Shown here one piece after another: positions 48,257 to 57,109 of a stretch of DNA of 64,000 nt. The notes below the pieces were generated by a model, which ran no database searches, was not told the origin of the DNA, and was given only the letters and a program-made list of their open reading frames with translations. Made by a program: the position numbers and the translations under genes. The stretch covers positions 1 through 64,000 of IMG/VR virus record IMGVR_UViG_3300028800_000060; one strand, written 5' to 3'. The stretch's first letter is position 1, and each line of letters starts with the position of its first letter. Origin of the DNA: a virus.

Positions 48257-48670
48257 GTGAAGATAATCAGACTTGGCTTTACTGGCACCAGAAAAGGAAT
48301 GACTGAAAGGCAAAAGAAAGAATTGTCTCTTTATTGCCGTTTATGGCAAAATTCTGGTAAAACAATTGAATGGCATCATGGATGTTGTATTGGTGCCGAT
48401 GTAGAATTTGATAATATCGTTCGTAATTACGAACGATATGGCCATTTACATCCTTCTAACAATACAAAAACATTTGTTGATTGTTTTGAAAATGGTGATA
48501 TTCTTTATCCAGAAAAACCACCATTAGTAAGAGATAGGGATATTGTGAATGCTGTTGAAATTTTAATTGCTGCCCCGTATCAAGAAAAAGAAATAATTCA
48601 CAGTGGAACTTGGACAACTGTTCGTTATGCGAAACAAAAAGGTATTGAGATTATTATTTTAAAAAGGTAA
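48257..48670 (+). CDS. SLOG-superfamily (DprA/YspA-like) nucleotide-binding protein
   Basis: 'GFTGTR', 'HHGCCIGAD', 'RDRDIV', 'SGTWTTVRYA'. Confidence 0.7.
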   Translation: MKIIRLGFTGTRKGMTERQKKELSLYCRLWQNSGKTIEWHHGCCIGADVEFDNIVRNYERYGHLHPSNNTKTFVDCFENGDILYPEKPPLVRDRDIVNAVEILIAAPYQEKEIIHSGTWTTVRYAKQKGIEIIILKR

Positions 48671-48675
48671 AATGT

Positions 48676-48751
48676 AGCCACGTAGCCCAATTGGTATAGT
48701 CCTTGCCTTAGAAGCAAGTTAGTGTGGGTTCGAATCCCACCGTGGCTACCA
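48676..48751 (+). tRNA. tRNA with TAG (Leu) anticodon but short variable loop
   Basis: AGCCACG/CGTGGCT, CTTGC-ctTAGaa-GCAAG, 5-nt variable loop, GTGGG-TTCGAAT-CCCAC, ACCA. Confidence 0.8.
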
Positions 48752-48936
48752 AATATTATGGCAAAAAAGAACGAAAAACAAAAACGGTTTATCATTCATG
48801 AAAAATTAACAGAAGGATCTGAAACTACTAATAAAATTGGTTCTTATGACACATATGAGGAAGCTTGCAATACGGTAGAAAGGCTTCCCGTTTCTAGAAT
48901 TCCGTTTTGTTCTATTGAAGATACTGGTGTTATTTC

Positions 48937-49230
48937 ATGAAAGCATTAGATGTATTTAAAAGACCTGTTAGTGTTGGAGATTTTGTAGCTGCTGCTACGA
49001 CATGTTGCAAAAGCACATCTCTTAGAGTTGGAAAAGTTATCAATATTACTGAACAAGGAAATGTGTCCATTAAACTGCCAGGAAGAAAATGGGTAAACAA
49101 AACCAATTGTATTGGATTTCCAGTGCATGGATATGTAGATGCATTGGTTTCAGTAACAATACATGCGGGTAAGTTTATTATCATTTCTCCGGATTCTCTA
49201 CCGGAAGATTTCAAAAGTAAATTGATATAA
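48937..49230 (+). CDS. Hypothetical protein
   Basis: 'D.F.RPVSVGDFV'. Confidence 0.5.
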   Translation: MKALDVFKRPVSVGDFVAAATTCCKSTSLRVGKVINITEQGNVSIKLPGRKWVNKTNCIGFPVHGYVDALVSVTIHAGKFIIISPDSLPEDFKSKLI

Positions 49231-49237
49231 TAGTTTC

Positions 49238-49313
49238 GGGAGTTTCGTCTAATGGGAAGGATTCCTCCCTCCAAAGGAGTAAGACGGGTGTTCGAGTCAC
49301 CCAACTCCCGCCA
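49238..49313 (+). tRNA. tRNA-Trp(CCA)
   Basis: GGGAGTT/AACTCCC, CTCC-ctCCAaa-GGAG, GGGTG-TTCGAGT-CACCC, GCCA. Confidence 0.88.
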
Positions 49314-49467
49314 TGGTTAATATTATGGAAACATACGAAAAAATTGATAAATTGCGGAATGTTTTGGATTTCTTAGTTGATACTCTGTCTAATAAGAAAA
49401 TTATTACAAGAGAAGAAGCCAAAAGATTCCATGAAGCATTGGATCGGGCTACAGAATAAATAGTTTT

Positions 49468-49938
49468 ATGGCAAAAATAATCGAAGCCCCAAATGTAGAT
49501 ACGAATAACCATATAAAATTATACTATACCATTTTCCTTGCTGGTTCCATTGAAAACGGAAAAGCAGAAAACTGGCAAGAAAAGCTAATAGAGACTCTTG
49601 TTAGATTTGATAATATAGTGATTCTCAATCCTCGCCGTAAACATTGGTCAGAACTAGAAAAGAATAATTTACGTTTTCAAATTGCATGGGAACAAGAAGG
49701 AATTGAAAAATCAGATCTTGTTGTTTTTTATTTTCATCCTGCAACCCAAAGTCCTATTAGTTTACTAGAATTGGGGCAATGTTTGGGATCTCATAAAAAA
49801 GTTATTGTTTATTGTCCACCAAATTTTTTCCGTTATACGAATGTGGAAATTACTTGTGAGCGGTATAGCATTAAACCTCACAAAGATTATCAGGTATTTA
49901 TTGCGGATATTATTAGTCATATATCGAGGTTTGCATGA
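49468..49938 (+). CDS. Nucleoside 2-deoxyribosyltransferase-like protein
   Basis: 'IFLAGSIE', 'WQ', 'LNPRR', 'QIAWE', 'SPISLLELG'. Confidence 0.85.
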   Translation: MAKIIEAPNVDTNNHIKLYYTIFLAGSIENGKAENWQEKLIETLVRFDNIVILNPRRKHWSELEKNNLRFQIAWEQEGIEKSDLVVFYFHPATQSPISLLELGQCLGSHKKVIVYCPPNFFRYTNVEITCERYSIKPHKDYQVFIADIISHISRFA

Positions 49939-50228
49939 AGCCATTAACATTTGCAGATTATAATAAAGAAGTTAGAGATTTCCCAGGTGTCGTTATTCTA
50001 TTTTTTACAGCACCATGGGCCATACCGGCCTTAAAAACTGCGTCATTTCTACGTTCATCAAATTTAGAAATTAAAATATTTTCCGTAGATTATGATTCCC
50101 AACGAGAATTGGTATCACTATTTTCAGTTAGAGAATTACCTTTTGTTTACTGTTTACGAAATGGACAGGTTAATTCATTCGCATGGCATTGCGAAACGGA
50201 ATCTGAGTTGAAAGAATTATTGAAATGA
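49935..50228 (+). CDS. Thioredoxin-fold protein lacking the CxxC cysteines
   Basis: 'LFFTAPWAIPA' in place of WCxPC; 'VD.D...L...FSVRELP'. Confidence 0.7.
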   Translation: MKPLTFADYNKEVRDFPGVVILFFTAPWAIPALKTASFLRSSNLEIKIFSVDYDSQRELVSLFSVRELPFVYCLRNGQVNSFAWHCETESELKELLK

Positions 50229-50482
50229 TACGCGGAGCAAATAAAACACCACTCACATTTTTGGTCCTAATTTTGTGTTCGTTATTACAAACAACACCAG
50301 AACGAAGTGAGATGTACCAAGATTTGTGTGATTCATTAGGTGAACGTAGAGTGTTGAATAAAATTAATACCTTGGAAAAACATGGTTACGTTGATATCGG
50401 TGTTTCAACCAGAACCGCTTGGATCAATTCTAACGGAAAAGAGTTGTTAGATGACCTTAGAAAAATTTTTAGTCCTAAATAA
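50225..50482 (+). CDS. Winged-helix-like hypothetical protein
   Basis: 'L.KHGYVDIGVSTRTAWIN.NGKE.L'. Confidence 0.55.
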   Translation: MIRGANKTPLTFLVLILCSLLQTTPERSEMYQDLCDSLGERRVLNKINTLEKHGYVDIGVSTRTAWINSNGKELLDDLRKIFSPK

Positions 50483-51227
50483 ATCAATCCTTTGTATTTC
50501 AGTTGCCGCTTCTCTCCTGGTTGTAACTCCCTTTATCGTTAACCGCCAATTGACAGCTTTTCGAAATGATGTTAATATACAATTGAGTAGTTTACGAAAC
50601 GATTCTAAAACATTGATTAATGAGCGGGCCGATAGTCTCCAATCGACTGTCGTTACTCTCTTCGATAAGACTAACGATAGAGTAAGTTCCCTTGAAAGGA
50701 ATACGTTTAATTTAGCAAATGATTTACGTGAAGATTCCTTTGGTGCGATTGGAGATGTTCGTAAAGATTTATTTGCGCGGGTCGATACATTAGGTGGTAC
50801 TCTAAATTCTAATCTCAATACGCAAATGTCTTCCTTGAATTCAACAATTGGAGATGTTGCTAAACCATACAAAGAGATGCCTGGTGTATTGGCTACACGG
50901 TTTGATAGGCAAACTGATTGTGACCATAACGCTTTATGTTGGCAAAATTTAACAACAGATGTTTTAACTAATTTCCGTTTTACTGGAAGAGATTTGAGTA
51001 CTTCAGCAAAAGTTTTTAGTGATGGATTTCCGGTTATAGAAACCGGTATACAAACATCGGTAACCAATTTTGCGTCTATAACTACAAATATTAATAAATT
51101 GACCACTCCAAAATGGTATGACAGACTTTTAGGTTATGGATTAAATGGTGTAATGATTTATCGAAATTTGAATCCCGTTACTAATTTGACAGTTAAGGGA
51201 ACGCAAGTGATATCTTCGTTGAAATAA
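50451..51227 (+). CDS. Membrane-anchored helical/coiled-coil protein
   Basis: N-terminal TM followed by apolipoprotein-like amphipathic helices. Confidence 0.6.
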   Translation: MTLEKFLVLNKSILCISVAASLLVVTPFIVNRQLTAFRNDVNIQLSSLRNDSKTLINERADSLQSTVVTLFDKTNDRVSSLERNTFNLANDLREDSFGAIGDVRKDLFARVDTLGGTLNSNLNTQMSSLNSTIGDVAKPYKEMPGVLATRFDRQTDCDHNALCWQNLTTDVLTNFRFTGRDLSTSAKVFSDGFPVIETGIQTSVTNFASITTNINKLTTPKWYDRLLGYGLNGVMIYRNLNPVTNLTVKGTQVISSLK

Positions 51228-51253
51228 ATACTAATATAGGAATGGCTGATTGA

Positions 51254-51619
51254 ATGACGACAATTTATAATGGTTTAGTCCAAAAAACATCAGAAGGACA
51301 ACAACCAATGTTGGAACAAACATCATGGGTAAAGATAAACAAACAATGCTATACCCTTGTCGACCAAAGTTTTAAAGTTTTTGCAATAATTACTACCGCT
51401 TATGATACAACAGATGGAGATGAATTATGTATTTGGGATGTAGAAATCGAAGGTGATGAATTTGGTTCTTATATAAGTTTGTACGCTGCAAAATTGGCAG
51501 TTCAAGAGGCCATAGCTCAATACGATGCGAAAGTAGCGGCGCAACAAAATCGGAAACAAAAGAAAAAGACTGTAGCAAAAAAGAAGACTGTAGAAAAAAA
51601 GAGTGTTAGTAGGAAATAA
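51254..51619 (+). CDS. Hypothetical protein with basic tail
   Basis: ORF with late-like ATAAATA upstream. Confidence 0.5.
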   Translation: MTTIYNGLVQKTSEGQQPMLEQTSWVKINKQCYTLVDQSFKVFAIITTAYDTTDGDELCIWDVEIEGDEFGSYISLYAAKLAVQEAIAQYDAKVAAQQNRKQKKKTVAKKKTVEKKSVSRK

Positions 51620-51814
51620 AATGAAAACATATGTCGTGGAATTAGAACGTAATTTACAATTAGTGCGTGTTGACGCATATAATATGGAAAGACTAGATGG
51701 TGATTTGGTTTTCTATAATAAATGCTATGAAGTGGTTGCGGCCTTTTCTAAAGGAAGTTGGAGCGTAGTTTTAAGTTCTTGACATTTTTATCGTAATTTG
51801 CTATATTATTATTA

Positions 51815-54478
51815 ATGAGTCGAGTATACACTAATTGCCAGGTTTCAGGCAATCAAATCCTCCTAAAAGAAATTGAAGACGGAAAACGAAAGAGATACAG
51901 AGTTGATTATAAACCAACTCTGTATGTCTCTGGAAAGCCAAATAGTACTTGGCATACATTGTCTGGGTTGCCTGTCGAACCTCTCCAATTTGGAAGTATA
52001 AAAGAAGCACGTGAATTCGTGAAGATGAATGGGGAAGTTAAAGACTATCCTCTTTACGGAAACACAATGTTTCAATATGCCTTCATTTCGGATGAATATC
52101 CAGAGCATGAGATACATTATAACATAAACGATATTTGTATTATTTCTTTGGATATTGAGTGTGAAAGTGAAAGCGGTTTCACACAAGACGCAGCACAAGA
52201 AACTCCGGAACGTATCAATGTAATTACCATTAAAGAATTTGGAAAAGATATGTATTATGTCTTTACTATTTTGGATGGTGATATCTACAATTCTTCCAAT
52301 TGTTTTGTTCCCAAAAGTAAAAACATAACACATTATGAATATGACTCTGAAGCAGAAATGCTACAGGGTTTCCTTACTTTTTGGCGTAAATTAGATCCCG
52401 ATATTGTTACTGGATGGAACTCCAGATTCTTCGATATTCCTTACATTTATAACCGAATCGTAATGCTATTCGATGAAAAAATGGCCCGCAAATTATCTCC
52501 TTGGGGACAAGTTCAGGAAGAAATTGTTAATTTCATGATGCGGGATCATAAGTGTTATGCCATTAGCGGTATTTCACAATTAGATTATCTTCAGATCTAT
52601 CGAAAAAATGTACTTGATCCGCGCGAGAACTACAAATTAGATCATATCACTAAAGTAGAACTAGGTGAAGGAAAAGTTGATTGGCGCGAAAAATACGACA
52701 CAATGAAGGAATTCTACCATAAAGATTTCCAATGGTTCGTAGAATACAATATCCAAGATGTTCGTTTGATTGAGATGTTGGAAAAGAAACGCTCATTGAT
52801 AAATCTTATCGTCAATGTTGCGTATATGACCAAGACCAATTATGTGGATGTTTTGGCACAAACCCGTATCTGGGATGTATTCATTTACAATTGGCTTAAA
52901 GAGGAAAAGATTGTTATTCCTCAAAAAGAATTCCAGTTTAAAAATGACCAATTTGTTGGTGCATATGTTAAAGACCCCCTACCTGGTTTATACAATAATG
53001 TGGTATCATTTGACGTAGCATCTCTTTATCCAAATATCATTCGTGTTTTGAATATTGGACCAGAAACTAAAAATACCGACCATCGTTTACAATTAACTCC
53101 TGAAGATTACCTTAATGAAACGGATAATTGGGAAGAAGCATTTGGTTATGCGACTTCGAATAATTGTAGTATAGCATCAAATGGAGTTTTCTACAGTAAG
53201 GAAAAATTAAGTTTTTATAGTCGTATGGTTGCGACTTTGTTTACCAATAGAAAGAAATACCAAGCTGAAGTTAAAAAAGCAAAGAGTGAACTGGAAAATT
53301 GTGCTGATCCAAAACGTAAAGAAGAACTTGGAAATATTGTAGCATCATTCGACATCAAACAAAAAGCTACCAAAATTATGATGAATTCGTTGTATGGTGC
53401 TTTTGGTAGCCAGTATTTTAGATATTACGATTTAGATAATGCGGTGGCTGTTACAGCCACCGGCCAATTTATAATTCAGTATATCCAACAGGGAATAAAT
53501 GAATATTTCAATGATCTATTCAAGACTGATAAAGTTGATTTTGTTATCTATTCCGATACAGATTCTGTTTACGTTTCTTTAGATAAAATTACCCAACATG
53601 TTTTTAAAGGGAAAAAGATAGAAAAAGTCAAATTGATCCAATTTATGGATAAAATCTGTAAAGATAAATTGGAACCAAAAATTGATAAATTATTTGAAAA
53701 TATAACCCATTCGTTTATTAATGGCATGCGTGCTGAGAAACCTATTCTTAGTATGAAGCGCGAGGTTATTTCTGATCGTAGTATCTTTGCTTCCAAAAAA
53801 CATTACATTTTACAAGTATGGAATTCAGAAGGGGAAAATTATTATGAATGTGATGATTGCCATAATAAGTTCTCCGGTTTTTCTGAGGTAGCACCACATT
53901 GTAATAAATGCAAGAGTGAAAAAACCAAACGAGTACCCAAATTAAAAATTATGGGTTTCGATATGGTTAAATCAAGTTTGCCACAATTTTCAAAAGATGC
54001 TATGAAAACAGCGGTGAACATTGTTATGACCGGTACTCAAAGTGAATTAGCGGATTATATTGAGAGTACTAGATTGAAATTTATGAAATTGCCGGTAGAG
54101 GATGTTTCTTGTCCTCGCGGCGCTAATAATCTTGAAAAGTGGAGTGATGACGAAGATACGTATACAAAAGGAACACCTCTTCCCGTAAAAGGTGTTTTAC
54201 TCTTCAATGAATATTTGGTTAAATTAGGATTACAAGCCAAATATCCACCAATTGCATCTTCAGAAAAAATTAAATTTGTTTACTTAAAACAACCAAATCC
54301 GATACATGATAAGGTTATAGCATTTAATGGTAAACTTCCTGAAGAATTTGGTTTGCACAAATATATTGACCACAACAAAATGTTTGAGTTAACAATATTG
54401 CAACCTATTTCAAAAATTTTAGATCCAATTGGTTGGTCTACAGAAAAATCCTACGATATGGAAAAATTCTTTAAATAA
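51815..54478 (+). CDS. 43: Family B DNA polymerase gp43
   Basis: DIE exo I, 'GWN..FFD', 'SFDVASLYP', 'K..MNSLYG', 'YSDTDS', 'KKHY'. Confidence 0.98.
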   Translation: MSRVYTNCQVSGNQILLKEIEDGKRKRYRVDYKPTLYVSGKPNSTWHTLSGLPVEPLQFGSIKEAREFVKMNGEVKDYPLYGNTMFQYAFISDEYPEHEIHYNINDICIISLDIECESESGFTQDAAQETPERINVITIKEFGKDMYYVFTILDGDIYNSSNCFVPKSKNITHYEYDSEAEMLQGFLTFWRKLDPDIVTGWNSRFFDIPYIYNRIVMLFDEKMARKLSPWGQVQEEIVNFMMRDHKCYAISGISQLDYLQIYRKNVLDPRENYKLDHITKVELGEGKVDWREKYDTMKEFYHKDFQWFVEYNIQDVRLIEMLEKKRSLINLIVNVAYMTKTNYVDVLAQTRIWDVFIYNWLKEEKIVIPQKEFQFKNDQFVGAYVKDPLPGLYNNVVSFDVASLYPNIIRVLNIGPETKNTDHRLQLTPEDYLNETDNWEEAFGYATSNNCSIASNGVFYSKEKLSFYSRMVATLFTNRKKYQAEVKKAKSELENCADPKRKEELGNIVASFDIKQKATKIMMNSLYGAFGSQYFRYYDLDNAVAVTATGQFIIQYIQQGINEYFNDLFKTDKVDFVIYSDTDSVYVSLDKITQHVFKGKKIEKVKLIQFMDKICKDKLEPKIDKLFENITHSFINGMRAEKPILSMKREVISDRSIFASKKHYILQVWNSEGENYYECDDCHNKFSGFSEVAPHCNKCKSEKTKRVPKLKIMGFDMVKSSLPQFSKDAMKTAVNIVMTGTQSELADYIESTRLKFMKLPVEDVSCPRGANNLEKWSDDEDTYTKGTPLPVKGVLLFNEYLVKLGLQAKYPPIASSEKIKFVYLKQPNPIHDKVIAFNGKLPEEFGLHKYIDHNKMFELTILQPISKILDPIGWSTEKSYDMEKFFK

Positions 54479-54481
54479 AAA

Positions 54482-54907
54482 ATGGAAAAAGAAATTTTAA
54501 AACAAACAGAAACCCCCACGATAATTTGGCCACCTAATACTGTAAAAGAAGTAGTTAAAATGCGAGATTTTGGAACAGGTGCCACCCGTGATAATGAAGA
54601 CGGAAAATTAGATTTTGAAGCATGTTGTAGTCCACTTGTGGAAGAACGTTTTGCTGAATATATGTTACAATGTAGTTATCTGCCTGATGGTACTAGGCGA
54701 GCAGATGATAATTGGCAAAATGGGATTCCCAAAACCTCGTACATGAAATCACTCAAACGTCATATTCATGATGTGTGGAAGCTTCATAGAGGATATAAAA
54801 CAACAGACGGAAAGACTGGTAAACCAGTTGATATGGAAACAGCTTTATGTGCCGTTCTTTTTAATGTCAATGGTTATTTACATGAGATTTTGAAAGAGAG
54901 AAAATGA
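54482..54907 (+). CDS. DUF5664-like dATP/dGTP diphosphohydrolase domain protein
   Basis: 'F.TGATRD..DGKLDF...NWQNGIP...SLKRH...LCAVLFN'. Confidence 0.7.
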   Translation: MEKEILKQTETPTIIWPPNTVKEVVKMRDFGTGATRDNEDGKLDFEACCSPLVEERFAEYMLQCSYLPDGTRRADDNWQNGIPKTSYMKSLKRHIHDVWKLHRGYKTTDGKTGKPVDMETALCAVLFNVNGYLHEILKERK

Positions 54908-54908
54908 T

Positions 54909-55583
54909 ATGCAGCAAATTACGGAATTGACTGGTGAAGCTTTATATAATCGTGAATTGAAAAGTGGGACGCCAAATGGATCTTATGAAAAGGGAACATA
55001 TATGGTTACATACACTGGTAAGCATATTTTTCCTTTAGATCCAAATCCCGATGATATCGATATTAAAGATATCGCACATGCTCTATCAAATAATTGCCGT
55101 TTTGGTGGGCATGTGAGACAATTTTATTCTGTTGCCCAACATTGTGTAATTGTTAGTCAGTTATGTGAACCTGAAAATGCTCTTGGTGGTTTATTGCATG
55201 ATGCATCCGAAGCATATTTGAGTGATATTATTCGTCCGGTAAAGTATACCGAACGAATGAAGGGATATTTAGAAATTGAACGCCAATTAGAAAAAGTAAT
55301 TGCTAAAAGATTTTCTATACCTTTCCCCATGACGGAAGATATTAAATATGCGGATGACATGGCATTGATTGCTGAAGGATATGCATTATTCAAGCCTATT
55401 CCTGATTGGGTTTTTCGTAGATTACAAGGTTCTGGATTATCTGAACCATTGTACCAACTTGAAACTTGTTGGACACCCCTAGTTGCGAAGGGTATGTTTT
55501 TGAAACGTTTTATGGAATTAAAGGGTGTTAAAATTTCTGTTCCCACACAAGAGGAGATAGATGCCGCGACCAAAGAAAATTAA
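54909..55583 (+). CDS. HD-domain phosphohydrolase (YfbR/YfdR-like)
   Basis: 'DIAHALS..CRFGGH..FYSVAQH...LLHDASEAY..D'. Confidence 0.88.
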   Translation: MQQITELTGEALYNRELKSGTPNGSYEKGTYMVTYTGKHIFPLDPNPDDIDIKDIAHALSNNCRFGGHVRQFYSVAQHCVIVSQLCEPENALGGLLHDASEAYLSDIIRPVKYTERMKGYLEIERQLEKVIAKRFSIPFPMTEDIKYADDMALIAEGYALFKPIPDWVFRRLQGSGLSEPLYQLETCWTPLVAKGMFLKRFMELKGVKISVPTQEEIDAATKEN

Positions 55584-56790
55584 AGAAAAAAAGGTAAAAA
55601 TACCTAAAGCTCCCCGAGAAAAAAAAATCCAAAGAATTAAGAAAGTTGCTTCAAATGATGGATTCTTTTCCTCATTAGTTGCAGCAACCGGAAATGAATT
55701 AGCATCGGCAGCATCGAATGGTATTGCTGCGGGTGATGTTACCGGATGGATCGACACCGGTGTTTATTACCTAAATGCCCAATTATCGGGTTCATTGTAT
55801 GGTGGTATTCCCGATAATAAGATTGTTGTGTTTGCGGGTCTGTCAGGTGTAGGAAAAACTTTCTTTGTGTTGAGCATAGTAAAATATTACCTCGATACGC
55901 ATCCTACTGGTGGTGTAATGTTTTTTGAGAGTGAAAGTGCTATTTCCAAGAAAATGTTGGAAGATCGTGGCATTGACACTAAGAGAGTATTCATTATTCC
56001 CGTTTCTACAATCCAAGAATGGAGAACACAGGCCCTTAAAGTTTTGGCGAAATACAAGTCTGTGGCCGAAGAGAAACGCCAACCAATGTTGTATTGCTTG
56101 GACTCTTTGGGTATGTTGTCTACCACCAAAGAGATGGAAGATTCTGAATCGGGTTCAGAAAAAGCGGATATGACCCGAGCCAAGATAATTAAGGCAGCAT
56201 TCCGAACACTGACATTGAAATTAGGTGTTCTTGGTGTTCCATTTATCATAACAAATCACACCTATGAGACACAGGGATTATTTTCTAAGAAAGTTCAAAG
56301 CGGAGGTTCCGGCGTACAATATGCGAATTCAATGACCGTGATGCTCGGTAAATCAACCGAGAAAGAGGGAGATGAAGTTGTTGGTGCCGTCCTCTACAGT
56401 CAATTAGAAAAGGGACGTCTCACAAAAGAGAAAACCAAAATTGAAATCAAACTGAGATATACAACAGGATTGGATAGGTATTACGGTTTACTAGATCTTG
56501 CTGAGAAGTACGGTATCGCCGTCAAAAAGAAGAAGGATAAAGATCCTTCCGATAAGAAGAAAACTGGATTAGAAGCCTTGAAGGAAAAGAAAAAGGCGAA
56601 GAGTGGAGATTTCACTATGGGAGGCCAAACGGCTTCAGATAAGGAAATTTACGCAAATCCTGAAAAGTACTTTACACCTGAGGTTATGGCTGATTTAGAA
56701 ATTGCCGCAGCTAAAGAATTTAATTATGGTATTTCTGTTGAGATAGGTGCCACGGATGAGGAACCCGTAATAGAACAAGATGAACTCTAA
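55561..56790 (+). CDS. uvsX: UvsX RecA-like recombinase
   Basis: 'DTG...N..LSG', GLSGVGKT, 'DSLGML', 'DMTRA', 'TNHTY', 'GG.G'. Confidence 0.95.
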   Translation: MPRPKKIKEKKVKIPKAPREKKIQRIKKVASNDGFFSSLVAATGNELASAASNGIAAGDVTGWIDTGVYYLNAQLSGSLYGGIPDNKIVVFAGLSGVGKTFFVLSIVKYYLDTHPTGGVMFFESESAISKKMLEDRGIDTKRVFIIPVSTIQEWRTQALKVLAKYKSVAEEKRQPMLYCLDSLGMLSTTKEMEDSESGSEKADMTRAKIIKAAFRTLTLKLGVLGVPFIITNHTYETQGLFSKKVQSGGSGVQYANSMTVMLGKSTEKEGDEVVGAVLYSQLEKGRLTKEKTKIEIKLRYTTGLDRYYGLLDLAEKYGIAVKKKKDKDPSDKKKTGLEALKEKKKAKSGDFTMGGQTASDKEIYANPEKYFTPEVMADLEIAAAKEFNYGISVEIGATDEEPVIEQDEL

Positions 56791-57109
56791 AATATTACCA
56801 GACGGATATTACACGCGCGATGAAGCAAATCCTTACCTCATTAGGCTCCGTATGGGGCCTTTTGAGGGCCTTTTGATTCAGATTTGTGAAGGAATCAAAA
56901 TTCGAAAAGAAATTTTGACTTCCACCCCACAACTGTTGTATGATTATCGTATACTTCATTATGGGCATCTTAGTGCTCATGAGTGCGAAACTTCTAAATC
57001 TCTTTCCCGTATTATTGCTGCCATTGCTGTAGAATTGGTTTCTGTTGACATACAGAATGGAACTAAAATAGAAAGCGTCACATGCCCGAGTCCCGGATCG
57101 AAACGATAA
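56780..57109 (+). CDS. Hypothetical protein (gp40 position)
   Basis: Lies between uvsX and gp41. Confidence 0.45.
   Translation: MNSKILPDGYYTRDEANPYLIRLRMGPFEGLLIQICEGIKIRKEILTSTPQLLYDYRILHYGHLSAHECETSKSLSRIIAAIAVELVSVDIQNGTKIESVTCPSPGSKR

Noticed and set aside
39132-49512. Minus-strand ORFs overlapping tRNAs (39132, 43044, 43710, 48930, 49297) and the extended 48722 start
   Set aside because: Antisense or in-frame translations of tRNA genes, a classic spurious-ORF pattern.
50447-51106. 219-aa minus-strand ORF
   Set aside because: Fully antisense to a plausible plus-strand gene; no RBS/promoter or recognisable motif.
54482-55583. 2-aminoadenine (Z) genome
   Set aside because: HD and DUF5664-like hydrolases alone are not diagnostic; no purZ in the window.
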